In this document: positions 11,535-24,810 of the stretch, one piece after another | How positions within the stretch are numbered: position 1 is the stretch's first letter | Layout of the letters: every line of letters begins with the position of its first letter | DNA from: Mesotaenium endlicherianum | Lineage: Eukaryota | Direction: 5' to 3' | DNA length: 64,000 bases | Assembly (NCBI GenBank): GCA_009602735.1 | Contig: WELA01001462.1 | Coordinates: forward strand, 384,921-448,920 | Translations under genes and position numbers: made by a program | Notes under the pieces: model-generated | Database searches by the model: none | What the model was told of the DNA's origin: nothing | Seen by the model: the letters and a program-made list of their open reading frames with translations, nothing else

Positions 11535-14500
11535 CTGCTCTTACTGTCGATCATCGACACAGGTGCAATGACAAGCTTTCTAAGTGCTCATTTTGCGCAA
11601 GAGTTAAAGCTGGTTCCAGTCAAATCAGTTGACTAACTTCGTCTTGGCGCTGGTTCTTTAGCTGACATACTTCAAATTATTCGGTAACCTCTTAAACTGC
11701 AGTCTTACCGCAAAAACAAAAAGTTCTATGTAAGGAACCTCCCCGCAGGTATCGATGCAATTTTGGGTGACACTTGGCTTAAGGGGACACAAGAATTGTT
11801 AGACTACGGTCTGAGTACGCGCGTTGTTCACCACAAAGATAGGAAGATCTCTCTTCACTCTCTTAAGAAGCCAAGGGATATAACAGTCTTGAGAACTTTG
11901 AAGACTGAAGTGGAGAAAGGTTCCATGTGAACAGCAATTGGACATGGGTTAGTCGATCTTAAGAGATGGGGCACTCCTGTATCAAGGGCGCAATGCGCGC
12001 CGCCCATCAAAAGGGAATCGGGTTAACATTCCCAAACCGAGACATGGCAAACTCTTCTATCACCCACCAAGCAAGTTCGACGATGGGTTAAGCACGGTTA
12101 ACAGGTTTTTTGTGGAGTCCTGCGCCAAGCTCTCACAGAGACTTCTTCTTTGCTCTTTACAGAAGAGCCGCAGTTGGACATCCCTGTTCATGTTTTGACA
12201 CTAACAGCTAAACTGTCTGCTCTTCTGCAGAAGTACAAGTCAGTATTTTCACCCAACATACCTGCAGGTCTCCCATCTGACAGAGGTATTGAGCATGTAA
12301 TTCCTCTTCTTTCGGACGTCCAACCAACTTGGTGGCCAATTTCCGCCTCAGTCCGATGGAGCTGGAAGAGACGAAGACTCTGATCGCCGACATGCTATTG
12401 AAAGGATGGATCAAGCCGAGCTCTTCTCCATTCGGGGCCCCCATCCTCTTTGTCCAGAAGAAAGATGGCAGCCTACGTATGTATATTGATTATCGAGCGT
12501 TGAACAACATAACGGTCAAGAACCGCTATTTGTTACCTCGCATCGATGATTTGTTTGATTTGTTGCAAGGAGCATAGGTGTTCTCCTTGCTTGATCTAGC
12601 TCAAGGCTATCATCAGATTTGAATCTCACCAGAGGACGTTCCCAAGACAGCGTTTCGGACGCCTATTGGTCACTTCCGATACAAAGTCCTAAGTTTTGGA
12701 CTTACCAATGCACCAGCGACATTCCAAAGCACAATGAACAATCTGTTTAGACCTTACTTGGGTAACTTTGTCCAAGTGTACCTCAACAATATCCTGGTCT
12801 ATTCAAAGACGGAGGCCGAGCATTACAAGCATCTGGAGTTGGTGTTGCAGATCCTTCGTGAGCAACAGTTTTATGCCAAGCTCAAAAAAAGTTCCTTCCT
12901 CAAGGATGAACTTTTGTACCTCGGTCATGTCGTTAGCTCGAAAGGGCTACAACCAGATCCGGCCAAAATTGCATGCATTGCGGACTAGCCGGTCCTGAAA
13001 GACGTACATACTGTCCATTCATTCCTGAGGTTTGCTAACTACTTTTGCAAGTTTATGCAAGGCTATCCAGTGATGGCCGCGCCACTCACTGCTCTGACGA
13101 GGAAGAATGTTTCCTTCATTTGGAATGAGAACACGCAATTTGCGTTCGAGCGCATTTCGTGTACCCTCACTCATGCGCCGGTTCTAACATTGACCAATCC
13201 AAACTAGCCTTACGAGGTAGTGGCGGATGCGTTTGGTGTTGGAATAGGGGCTGTGCTGCTGCAGGCAGGCCAACCTATCGATTTTGAGATTCAAAAGCTG
13301 ACACCTGCCGAACAAAACCACTCAACGACAGAGCAGGAGCTCTAGGCAATTATGTACGATTTAAAAATCTGGCGTTATTATTTGGAAGGCTGCAAGGCTC
13401 TGAGAGTGGTTACGGACCACTGCCCGAATACCTTTTTCCAAGTCCAACCCACGTTATCAAGACGGCAAACAAGATGGTCGGAGTTCCTCGAGCAACTCCA
13501 CTTTACTTGGGCATACCGCCTTGGGCGTAACAATGTTGCGGTTTCGCTAAGTCGAATTCCCAAGAAGTTCTCTTGCTTCAGGGGCCCTTGGCACGGGAAG
13601 ACAAACAAAACGGTCAAGCTTCAAGGGTGGCCACCCTTGATTCTACTGTACCACTCTCAATCTTTGACGCACGTCAGCCTGGTGACGCGGGCGCACCCGT
13701 CTTGGGTAGCATAGCTAGTCTGATTCACTTGACCTGTATCAATTGATTACAGAAGGCTACACCAAGGGTTCGTTTTTCCTAGATCGCCTAGATACTGGCT
13801 TGAATGGTGTAGCCGTGGCGATGGGCAGTATGGATAAAAGGAAAGAACTCTCAAATTACAAATTCGAGAAGGGATTTTGGTGGCACAATGGGCGCATTGT
13901 GGTTCCAGAAGGACCAGTAAAACATGTGCTACTATGGAAAGCGCATGACTCACCTTACTCAGGTCATCATGGTATAAGCAAATAGAACCACCGGTTGCAT
14001 AGAGGGTACACATGGCCAACCCTCAAGGTTGATATTGCCGAGTACATCACCAACTGTGCGACTTGTCGGAGGAACAAGCCAAGCAATACGTTGCCCACAG
14101 AGAAGCTACATTTATTGGAACTTGCAGGTGCCCCTTGGGAAAGCATTAGCCTCGACTTTGTCGTGGACCTGCCTACCACCAAAAAGGCCCACAATGGGGT
14201 GTTGACGATCGTAGATCGCTTCACTAAGATGGTGCACTTCGTGGCCACTAAACCATCATGTGATGCCAAGGAGACAGCCGGTCTTTTTGTTGATTACGTG
14301 CTCAAGTTACATGGTATGCCAAAAAAATCATAAGCGATCGTGACAGTAGATATACGAGCCACTTCTGGCAAGAAGTTTGTTCGCATTTCGGCACGAAGCT
14401 TAAGATGCCCACCAACTTTTATCCTCAGATTGATGACCACACGAAACTTCTGAACCGCGTTCTTCAACAGTTTCACAGGCCTTACGTGAATCCTGCACAA

Positions 14501-15301
14501 GACAATTGGGATACCCTTTTCTCAATTGCAGAGCTCGCTATCAATAATGCTTATCAAGAAAGTGTTAAAGAAACCCCGTTTTTCCTCAACAGTGGGCGTC
14601 ACCCGCATACTCCGCTACACGACTTGGTCAACGATGCGGCAGGGGAGTTGTCCATGAGAGTTCCAAGCGCACATCTCTTTGTTAACTCTCTTCAAGAGGT
14701 GCACAGACAGGCAAAGTTGGCCTTAGCCGCTGCTCAAGACAGACAGAAGAGATTTTCTGACACACACAGGCAAGAGTTGTTTTGACTTTGGCAATAAGGA
14801 ACTTTTGCAAATAAAGAACTTGTAACTCAAGCACACAGGAGAGCGCAAGCTTCTGCCTCGCTGGGTAGGCCCTCTTCCATTATTGCACGGGTTGGTCCCG
14901 TTGCATGCCAATTGGATTTGCCTAAATCCATGGGGCCAACGCATCCTGTGTTCCATGTCAGTCTGCTGAAGCTGTTTAGGTATGACGGTCGTTATGAGCC
15001 ACAGCCACTAGAGTTGGAACTCGTTGATGATGATATAGCCTGGGACATAGAGAATGTCTTAGCACGTCAATATACCCGTCAGAAGCCTCCCTGAGTGGAG
15101 CTTTTGATCAAGTGGCTAGATTACGATTCTAGTTGGAATTTGTACGAACCGCATGACAAAATCCTACTTAATTGTAGTGATCTAGTTCAGCAGGACTGGT
15201 TACAATGGGCCGAAGCTCAACGGCTCTGTGGACAGACAAAGTTGCTGACTATTCCTAATCCTAAGCCAAGAGGTAAACGCAAAAGAGCCGCGGCCAAATA
15301 A
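11535..15301 (+). pseudogene. Degraded pol: protease, RT, RNase H, integrase and chromodomain
   Basis: [27 protein letters not shown] (degenerate YLDD); VVTDH; H..PYSGH..CATC; SLDFV; HPVFHVSLLK; WDIENVL..LIKWLDYDSSWNLYEP. Confidence 0.93.
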
Positions 15302-15432
15302 TCGATCTTTTTTGTCACTGCCACAACTGCAATCAAAAGTTTGCCAGAATTTGTGTTCACCTCACTACGGGCGAGTCTCAAATTTAAGAGCTACCTTAAC
15401 GTGGACATTAAGTCTTCGTAAGGGGGGAGGAG

Positions 15433-16415
15433 TGTAAGGATCCGAGTTTTCTAGGCATATTCCGGATTTAGGATATTTTCCTCATTTCCGAAAATACGTT
15501 ATACTTTTGAATCGATGGAAGATTGCATTTTGACAAATTTCTCTCCACTCACGTGTGCCGACTAATTCCGATCAATTGGCAAAACAACCAGCAAATTTAT
15601 CGATAATGTATCTTTGATACTTTGCAAAGGAATATTGTAATGAATCATAAACTTACGTTGATAGATTACAAACGATTAAGTTAATCAATTAAGGATTAAT
15701 TTACTTATTATCACTTCCATTATTTCAGATAATGACTGTCATAATGTTTCGACTTAACGAAGATCGTTAAATCGAAAGAAAACCCGAACCGGTGATCCAA
15801 GGGAGTTACCGGCCGAAATCAAACCCGCGGCCTCCCGGCCGCGTCAGCGCGATTCTACGACAGTCATAATTCAAAAGAAAGCGAATTTACAAAGTTACTT
15901 TGTACCCGGAGGGGTTCATACCCTCGTCACTCGTTTGAAACGTTCACACTTGACCAATAGGACAAAGAGTTTTCTGAAACTCTTGGTTTATGTCAGATGT
16001 ACACGTACGCGACCAACCGAACAGTCGCGACTTTATCGAAAAGTCGCGTGAACACGAAAACGCCCTTTTGGCGCGAAACGGTTTTTTGGAAATCGTCCAA
16101 AAGTCTCCAAATGGCCAAACGGCGCGTTACGAGCATTCAGCCGAACGAATTATACCCCCTTGCCTTTTTTTGTTGAACATGAACCAGTGCCCTAGCAGGT
16201 GACTATAAGCACTCCAGTGCCTCATGTTTTGCAAGTATATATACTTGCAAGAGTCATTGTGAGTGCAATTCTCACAGCACGCATTCTACGACTTTACGTT
16301 CTTTTTCTCATAGTCTAAAGTATTAATACGCAAAGTAGTCGTTGATTCTTCCACTAAGTAATAATTTGTTCTTGAATACCGAGCAAAGATCCTTGAGAAT
16401 AGCTGATACGTTACA
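15433..16415 (+). repeat. 3' LTR
   Basis: TGTAAGG...CGTTACA, directly after the PPT. Confidence 0.95.
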
Positions 16416-17699
16416 TAGCATCGCACACGCCTTCAAAATCCCTATCTCACAACGCCGTTGAGAGCATGCCGCGTACCACCACCTCTGAGCAAGAGACAAT
16501 GGAGTAGGCACATTGCAGTGGGGATACCAAGGAGGAGGAGGGGGAGGAGGAGGAGGAGGAGGAGGAGCCCTCTTACGGCACCACCACCCCTCAGACGCCT
16601 ACAAGATCGCAACCGAGGCCCAGGCCAGTGGGAGGGCTTGGAGTGAGCAACTACGCTTAGAAAGAGGCAGAGTTGAGTCACCAACGCAAGAACGAGGCCG
16701 GTCCCAGCCACCGATATCGTGACAAGGCTGATCCCAGTTGTTCGCAGCATGATGTCAGCCCGCCTCTGCCAACCCACGCTACCCACCCTCTCTACCAATC
16801 CCCGCCTGCGCGACGACCTATGACTTCTTGCAGCTCCATCTTGGACAACAATCCTTTTGGCTCTCGTCCATCCAAGGCGGCCCGTACAGCTGGAGACTGT
16901 TTACCCCTCCTTGGCGATTGCAGTAACGCGCCGACTGTTTGGGATTAACACCGTGCTAGCTGCCCACAAGTACGGCTCCCGTCGTCTCCACCATCCATGC
17001 GCACCAAATCCAAGTCTCCCACTCGCTTCGCTCCTCAGCAAGGGACTGCCTGGCCAGAGGCAGGCCTTCTTTGACCTATTCACCAGAACTCCAACAACTT
17101 TGTCGCCTTGCAGTTGGCGGCGTGTCGCAGCCCAGCGGGCAATATTTTGACGCAGTAAAAAGAGCTTTACGCCAAATCCGCCACCACATTGGCATTCTAC
17201 AGGCCAAGGCTTCCGTGTTCAGCCACCTGTCCGCAGCCTTGCTCGTTCACAAGCACCACTGTTGGGGAGGGTCTCGCATGCATTGCAGGCAGGCTCCATC
17301 CCATGGTAGTCAGAGTCGATCTCCGCACGTAGTTGATCCTTCACATGCCGCTTGTGCACAGCGCCCTTTGTCGGGAGACCCTGCCAGCACGCCGAGCGTG
17401 CTAGACCGACAACGTTTGCAGGGCGCAGCGCTTCGCTCAGCCAGTCGACGACCTCATTCTTCTTGAGGCCCGTGATCGCTGGCGCAGGTATCATGAAGCG
17501 ACCTAGACGATGCGGCCCCGACTATACTGTAATCTTATCCTCAGGGTCATTTGGGCTGAGGCCGTTGCTGCCATTGGTCGTCTGCGCCTTGCCCCTCATC
17601 AGCGTAGTGCTGCGTGCGATTGGCCGCCCACGCCAATCTCAAACAGAGGTGCCGCAGGCTCTCGCCCTCTACCTTCTCCCACGAAGCAGCTGGATGAGC

Positions 17700-19370
17700 G
17701 CCTCGGTGGCATCGTCCTTGTGGAGCTCTTTGGGGACATCGCCACAGGCCTTCTGCGTGATTGCAAGCGGGATTGCAGTGCGACGCTACGTCAACGTCAA
17801 TCCAGACGCGGTTGCCCAGCAGGTGGCACGCAGGCAAATGGCCCTATGTCACGAGCATTTGCCTTACCACTTCCCTCGCTGGCGTATTGTACTCAACGCA
17901 GACCAATTGGCCCATGGACATCCAGGCGATCAAGAGCGAGCACGTCACTTGCTTGGGCCCGACTTAGTCATTGCCGACCGATAGTGCCAGAGCTTCTCCA
18001 TTGCAAGCAGCGGAGGCGCCCTCGTCGACCCTCGCACGGCGCTCTTCTGGCAGCTCATACGCATCCTCAACCTCATTGAGAAGCGTCAGCCGCCTCACAC
18101 GTTGGCCTGGATCTTGGAGAACGTGGCCGTCCGCAACGATAGGCGCACAGACATGGCACAAAACTTCCACCTGTATAGCCGTTACGTAGGTCGCGAGGTT
18201 GTCATTGATGCGGCGCAGATTGGTTCCTTTGCCCGTTGCATCCGTGCCTACTTCGTCAACCTGGCGATGCTTGGCACCCTTGATGTAAGCTCATAGGATT
18301 GTAGAGTGCATTGTTTTGATCATTTTGATATAAAGTGCGTCGAATATCTTTAGGTGTTGAGAAAGTTATGGATTTCTGAAGTTTAATTAGTTTTAAGGTT
18401 GGTCGACGACTGTCCTTAATTCGCGGTGAGCGCGACCGTCGGATCAACCGACAGCGTCAAGCGATCTAGGCCGTTAGAGTGAACTTGTACCTTCACGTAA
18501 TTTCGGCTTGACGCGGAGTGCCCACCAGGTCGATTAACCTAGAAGTTTTGCATTAGCCTAGCGCGCTTAAGTTAGTATATTTTAGATATTTTGATGCATG
18601 CATGTGGACGTCAAATCGGCCCGACACGTCCGGATGAGGCTGACCTGGCCTACTCACGAATATTCTGGAAGGGACGATTTGACAAACGCTTCAAAATTTT
18701 GTTGCTAAGCGGCCCTCCCTCCTAGGGGCGAGCGGTTGTCGTAGAAAACTATAAATAGGCATAACTTCTTCGTTTCTTATCAGTGTTCACTTTTGTAAAT
18801 TTTTACGGGTTTGTAATGACAAGGCCTTTCATCCTATTCCATTTGCGAGCACTTTCTTGCTACTCAAAATGTTCAATAGTTTTCCTAAGCATTCTTAGTG
18901 ATATGCCGCTGCACTCTAAAGTATGACTGCAACTAGTTTGGTTCCTCGTGAGTCACTACGCTTCCACTAGGGCACTCTGCCCCTTTCACTCAAGGCCTTG
19001 GCTGTCGCACATGTACGGCATGGCTTCACTGTCAACGCCATTTTAAGGACCGATGCCTAGCCAAGCGTGTCGCGTTCCACCCGCACCACATACAGGCCCA
19101 GTGCGGGGTGATCGGCGAGGTCTTGCTGGCCTTACCCACCTTTGTTAGCCGTTTTGAGAGCCAGGCATTTTATTGGCGCCGCACGCAATATGGTCATTGA
19201 CTTGGCCACTAGCATGTTTGACTGACCCCGCGCAGTGGAGATGGAGCGCGTAATGGGGTTTCCTACTCACCTCACTCAGGTGGATGGCCTCACCGAGGTC
19301 AACCGCGTCTGGCTATTAGGTCAGGCTGTCAACGCTAATACCCTTACGTGGATCCTTCAGCACATGCAGG
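17700..19370 (+). pseudogene. C5-cytosine DNA methyltransferase domain inside a Gypsy polyprotein, split by a solo LTR
   Basis: Motif I GIVLVELFGDIATG (17708-). Motif III PMDIQAI. Motif IV DLVIADR*CQSFS (Cys 17985-17987). Motif VI WILENV (ENV 18117-18125). Motif VIII DAAQIGSFARCIRAYFVNL. After the LTR, motif IX EMERVMGFPTHLT and motif X RVWLLGQAVN. Confidence 0.88.
18284..18988 (+). mobile_element. Solo LTR of the family found at 35.3-43.2 kb
   Basis: TGTAAG...CCCTTTCA is the reverse-complement homologue of LTRs 38565-39310 and 42456-43205. Flanked by CTTGA/CTCAA (decayed 5-bp TSD). No PBS or PPT. Confidence 0.92.
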
Positions 19371-19749
19371 CTCTTACCCCTCTCTACGCCAAGGCACGCC
19401 ACCCTGAGCTTCCGCGCACCTACGATGATAGGGACCACTGGCTTGGCCTAGTTGAGAATCTTCCTGCCCCTGGTCCAGCCAGGTTCCCCTCAGGGGTTCC
19501 TCATCCTCAACGTGCGGCCCCTCCACCTCCCAGCCCGTCCTCGCCTCGCACCTACGACTCCAGCTCTGACTCTGGTTTGCTAAGGGGGGGAGGAAGGAGG
19601 AGAGAGGAGCCACAGCAACCCAAATTGTACAAGTCTTTCTTTTCCTTACCCCGCTTCCGTCCTCAGGCAAGAGACTCAAGGCAACTGGCAGCAGCTGCTA
19701 AGGAGGAGCCACCAGTGGCAGGACGAGCGACAACAGCTGCAGGGCATGT

Positions 19750-19798
19750 GACGCCAGCAGCATAGCGGACGACGCCAGCAGCATAGCGGACGACGCCA
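19750..19798. repeat. 21-bp tandem duplication in the DNMT-RT linker
   Basis: GACGCCAGCAGCATAGCGGAC x2 plus a partial third copy. Confidence 0.85.
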
Positions 19799-19900
19799 AC
19801 AATAGGGCGAGAGGCGCCACCTGCAGGGCAAGAGCCTCCACCAGCTGCTCCTACATAGAAGCTCAGGAAGAGTCTCACAGAGACACAAGCCGCATAATGA

Positions 19901-21929
19901 ATGACGCTGTTGGATGCGAGACGCAGCATCAGCTTTGCCAGCGAAATGCATGACCTTGGGGTCTACAAGGGCGACCACATAAGGATCCCTCTCACGACGC
20001 AAGATTTTATTTCCAAGAAGAGGTACCGTTTCAGTAACTTCAAGAACGTCTTGATTGACACGCAAACCGGCAAGCTGGTGGACGCACGGCTCATGAAGAG
20101 GTCCTCTAGTTGCTACGCCGCCCCCACGGTCATGCCAGCCAAGAAGGATGCCTCATGCAATTAGTATGAGAAGAGGATGTATGGTTACTATCATGCTCTC
20201 AGCAAGGTCACCAAGCAAGACACGTACCCCATGCCCACTCGAAATGAATTTTTTGACGACATTGACAGCTGCACCTGGTTCTCAGTGCTGGATTTAAGGC
20301 AGGGCTTCAACCAGATTCCTATCACAGAGAAGGACCGGCACAAAACGAGATTCTAGGAACTCAGCATCTCTATAAGTGGAGGATGATGCCTTTTGGACTG
20401 AAGAACGCGCCAAGCACCTTCCAGCGCATCATTGATAAGGAGTCGGTTGGGTTTCTCTTCGCCCAATGTTACATTGACGACATCCTCATCTTTAGCAAGA
20501 AGTTTGAGCAGCACGTGGAGCACATCACGGCAGTCCTGGAGCGCCTGGAGGCCGTTGGGCTCAAGTTTCATCCAGGCAAGTGCACCTTTGGGACCCGAGA
20601 GGTGGAGTACCTTGGGCATCTTCTCTCTTCTAGCGGGTTGGCGCCGTAGCTGGCCAAGATCTTGGCCATCAAGGGCATCTTGCCTCCTACGGACATCTTA
20701 AAGTGGAGGGCCTTCCTTGGAGTGGCCAACAACTACCGACGCTTTGTGCTTGGCTTAAGCTCACTAAGCCACTTAACGACTTGTTGCGGAAGAGTGTGGC
20801 CTACGTGTGGGGGCCAAAGCTGCCGGTGGCGTTTTACAAGATCAAGGAGCTGCTGGTGAGCTCCGCGGTGTTGCAACGGCCTGACTGCACCAAGCTTTTT
20901 ATCCTCTACATCAAATGGTTGCAGGCAGGGTTGGGAGCGATGTTGGTGCAGGAGCACAACGGCTTCGAGCATGTGGTGGCATACGCTAGCCGCAGCAACA
21001 ACCGCCCGAAGAGTAACTATGGCTCTTATGAGGGGGAGTGCCTGGCAACAGACTGAGCCATCGTGCACTTCCGGCACTACCTCTACGGCACTCGCTTCCG
21101 CCTGGTCACCAACCATTAGCCACTCAAGTGGCTCACGACGTCGCAGCGCCTGACAGGCAAGTACGTGCAATGGGCTCTCATTCTGCAAGAGTACACGTTT
21201 GACGTGCACCACCGCTCAGGGACGACCAACCTCAACGTTGACGGCCTCAGCCCTAACCCTCAGCCTTCTTTGAGGGACCTTTTAATAGCTTGTCACGACA
21301 AGGATGAGCCTGTGGTCTGGCACGCGACGGCAATCTTGGCATTCATTGTCAACGGCAACGTGCAACCCGCAAGGCTCACCAACCTCGACGTTGTGACAAT
21401 CACCATTTGACGCCTCGCCATGGCCACAGCAGAGGAGCAAGACGGCAGGCAGCGCGGGCCCAAGGATGTGTGAGACGATGTTGTTGTGCTGCAAAATGTC
21501 TCCACACAGAAGAAGGCGTCTGGTGTTGACACAGGGGAGCACAACCGCATCCTCAAGCGCAACCCTCACTTCGTCTTCTTGGATGGTCGTATACGACGAG
21601 TGATGGCGGACGGCTCCGTCCTGGTGCTTCGTGAGCTTGCTATACCAAGCCAGCTGGTGCGTAGTGTGCACAAGGCACTAGGACACTTTGGTGTCAAACG
21701 CACTCTTAGCCTTCTTCAGTTTGAGTACAGGTGGTACGGCATGACTAAGGTCGTCGCCAATATTGTCAGCAGCTGCACTCTCTGCGACTGTGTGTGCTCG
21801 AGCTTCACAGCGCGCAGCGCTGCTCTCAGGCCCCTTCCTATCCAAGAGTTGTTCTACAGGTGGTTTCTTGACTTGGTTGGAGAGCTGCCCAAGTCCTCCA
21901 GAGGCAACCTATGTCTTGGTGATGATTAA
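19901..21929 (+). pseudogene. DNMT-Gypsy RT, RNase H and integrase N-terminus (resumes at 24815-24834, then truncated)
   Basis: LDLRQGFNQ, MPFGLKNAPSTFQR, YIDD (20470), AYASRSNN..NYGSYEGECLA, VHKALGHFG..CTLC. YVLVMI|KHMSKWI is rejoined across the piggyBac TTAA. Confidence 0.92.
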
Positions 21930-24810
21930 CACTAGAACGCGCGGTGAACTATATTTGGAGCAATACACATATTTTGGTGCAGTTAGGAAGCCCTCTTGTT
22001 TAAGCTGCCCTTTCGTTTACACTCGATTATTTTTCTTAATTCTTAGCTCAAACGATTGCAAATACGCATGCATACTAGGATTAAATTGGCGACCCTAATC
22101 GACGAGTAGTCGCGAAGTTATGAGTGTAAACACAAAGTGCAAAAAGCTGTTGCACATAAAAAACGTGTGTTCGAACAGCACTGAAACTGTCAAATCCGAG
22201 CCATGAAGGGGTGCTCTTCTTTCTCGCGAAAATTTGCTGTAGATACAGCCATGGCGCTTGGTCAGAGCAGTGCCAAGCCTCTTTTGGGTCTTGTAATTTA
22301 TATTAGTACTGTTTTTTTTGGTCGTAGGTGGGCATTTGAGACTTTCGGTGATGGTTGTGGGGATATGTTCTTGATGGGAGAGGTGAGAAAGAGGGTGAAG
22401 GGGAAGAAGGGACAAGACCTCTTTCAAGTATTCTTTGCCTACGATGGGAAGAGGCCAAATATGACTGCAGAGGCCATTCAAAGCTTTATAAAATAAAGAG
22501 AGGATGAATTTGTGCAACTGTTTAGCCCGGGTGTGTGTAAGAGGAAACCTTTCATCGAACCCGAGAGTCAGCCAGAGTCAGCCTAACAGTCAACCAAGTG
22601 TGCAACAACGTTTAGAACTAGTGTTAGATGAGCTTGAGCCTGAGGAGTCTTGTGAGCCTAGTCTTGATGAGAGTGCACAACTTCCACTTGAAAGTGGTAA
22701 AAAGAAGAAAGGTTGGCCATTTGGGAGTAACAAGATACAAGCACCCGCTCCAAGAACCAAATTCAAGCAACAGCAGATTGAAGCAGATAGAAGAGAGAAA
22801 GGAAAGTCTAAGATGTTAGAATCTGACAGTAATAGGGATAGTGCTTCGGAGGCCAGCAGCAGTTCATCCGAAGAGGAGGAGGAGCAAGTGCCCCCCTTGA
22901 GCATGCAAGAAGAGGAGGAGCCTCCATCCACTGACTTACTCTTGTCCACCTTCAAGACTTGTTATAGTCCAGGTGAAGTCATGACAATTGATGAGAGAAC
23001 AATTCCCATTAGAATTAGACAATGCCCTATAAGGATATTCAATTCCTCTAAGCCTTACAAGTATGGTATGGAAGTGTTTACTACGTGTGATGCTATAACA
23101 TATTTTTGCTACGCTTTTATTATATATGATAGAGTGGAGAGAGATGGTCTGAAGTTTGATGTGGTTTTGGATCTAGTAGCTATGCTTCCTGTTGGTAGGT
23201 TCTTTAGTCTTTAGTCTTGTTGTAGACAGGGGCTTCACCTCTCCCAACCTCTTCCAAAAACTAGCTAAGCTTGGACATGGTGCTACTGGCACAGCTATGA
23301 CTAATGGAAAGAATCTTCCTGGCAAAGGTATTTGGATGGAGAAAGGTGCAAACCCAAAGGGAACCACCAAAGCTGTATACAATCAATGAAAGTCCCCCTA
23401 TGATAGCATGCACCTGGTAGAACAAAGCACCTTGTGCTTTTTTGTCGACAGCTATAGGACTAGCTCCTAGATCACAGTCAAGGCGTGATGGTTAGCTTAG
23501 ACATGAGCTGCCTGCTCCACAAGTGGTAAAGCACTACAACTTATACAAAGACGCAGTTGACCAGTTTGATGCTTTTTGTTTGAAGAGAAACTATAGTGCA
23601 GAAAGAGTACTTGTGAAAAGAAAGTGGTGGCATAGAGCTTATTGGGGTATTTGGGATGGGCTACTAGCAAATGTCTTCATCCTTTTGAAGTTAGTTGACG
23701 ACAAGGCTAACAGATGTGACACTTTCCTTGATATTACGGATGAGATGTGCTCATTTCAACATCCCAATGAAGCTGGACCTCCTAAGGTGACTACAAGACT
23801 GAGCACTACCCAACCTTCTGGTGAAGGAAGGCACACTCAAAGACACTTCCCTAGGGAGTATCCTGACAAGAAGAGAGATTATTTTGCCATGTGTGTTGCT
23901 GGTACTTACGGTCAGCGTGCAAATAGGAAGAGAGCTAGAAGGAGTCCATACTACTACTTTCATTGCAATGTTCCCCTTTGTGCAGCTCTTTGCTTTAAGA
24001 TATATCACGCTAATAGAGCTATAGAGCACTTAGATGTAGGTCCTAAGAGGGAGGTTAGAGCAAGCATTTAGTAGACTAATCGACGAGTTTTCGTCGTAAA
24101 ACTCCAACACTGCAATTAATTTCTAAAGTGTGGTATGAGATGTGAGATGTGTTGCATGTGAGTAAGATTGCATATTATGTGCCAGACATTTATTATGAGT
24201 TTTTTTGTTTGAATAAATCAATATATACATGTCATTTTGTGAATTCTAGGGATAAAAGAGAATATTCTAACCTATTAAATTCATTTCTTGATTAATCACG
24301 TAAAAGAAAACATCTGAAGGTACATATGACAATAACTAAGTAATGGCATGATTTTTAGATTCATATGACTCCTATGTAGCCCAAAATGATTGAATGAGTG
24401 ATCTTATGTTTTTGAGTTTTTGTTGCACCACAAAAAAACCGCCGTCGCATATTGCGGTTCAACTCCTAAACGATTCATATCTGGAAGGAAAATAATCCAA
24501 CATGTCTAAAATTTTGTGTAGTACCTAACAACATACATAGCAACCTTCCACATAATTTCCAAGCCCTGGTTTGGAAGGAAGTAGGAGCAATGGGTTCTTG
24601 AAAGTAAGCCAAGAATACGCGTTTTTGTTAATGATTTTTAAATGAGATTAATTGATTGAATCATTTGATACATGACCAGAACTTTCATGACCTAGGCTTT
24701 CCAAAACTATGTCCAGTGTCATTGTGAGATTAGTATCAAGGTGGGAAATAAATCATAAAGACATGCACTTGTTGCACCGAAAAGTGTGAGTTATCATGGG
24801 CTATCTAGTG
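21930..24810 (+). mobile_element. piggyBac-superfamily DNA transposon
   Basis: TTAA TSD at 21926-21929 and 24811-24814. TIR CACTAGA/TCTAGTG. Subterminal inverted motif ttt(c)ggtgca. The host integrase frame is restored on excision. Confidence 0.93.
22203..24071 (+). pseudogene. piggyBac transposase (frameshifted, apparently internally deleted)
   Basis: YSPGEVMTIDE..KPYKYG; VVDRGFTS; ATGT; YNLYKDAVDQFD; KWWHR; C-terminal Cys-rich C.VPLC...CF..YH. Confidence 0.92.

Larger units (their letters stand above)
8944..16415 (+). mobile_element. Full-length degraded chromodomain Ty3/Gypsy (chromovirus-like) element
   Basis: LTRs at 8944-9919 and 15433-16415 (TGTAA...TTACA). PBS at 9921 and PPT AAGGGGGGAGGAG (15420-15432). 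Flanks ccgca/tagca form only an imperfect TSD. Confidence 0.95.
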
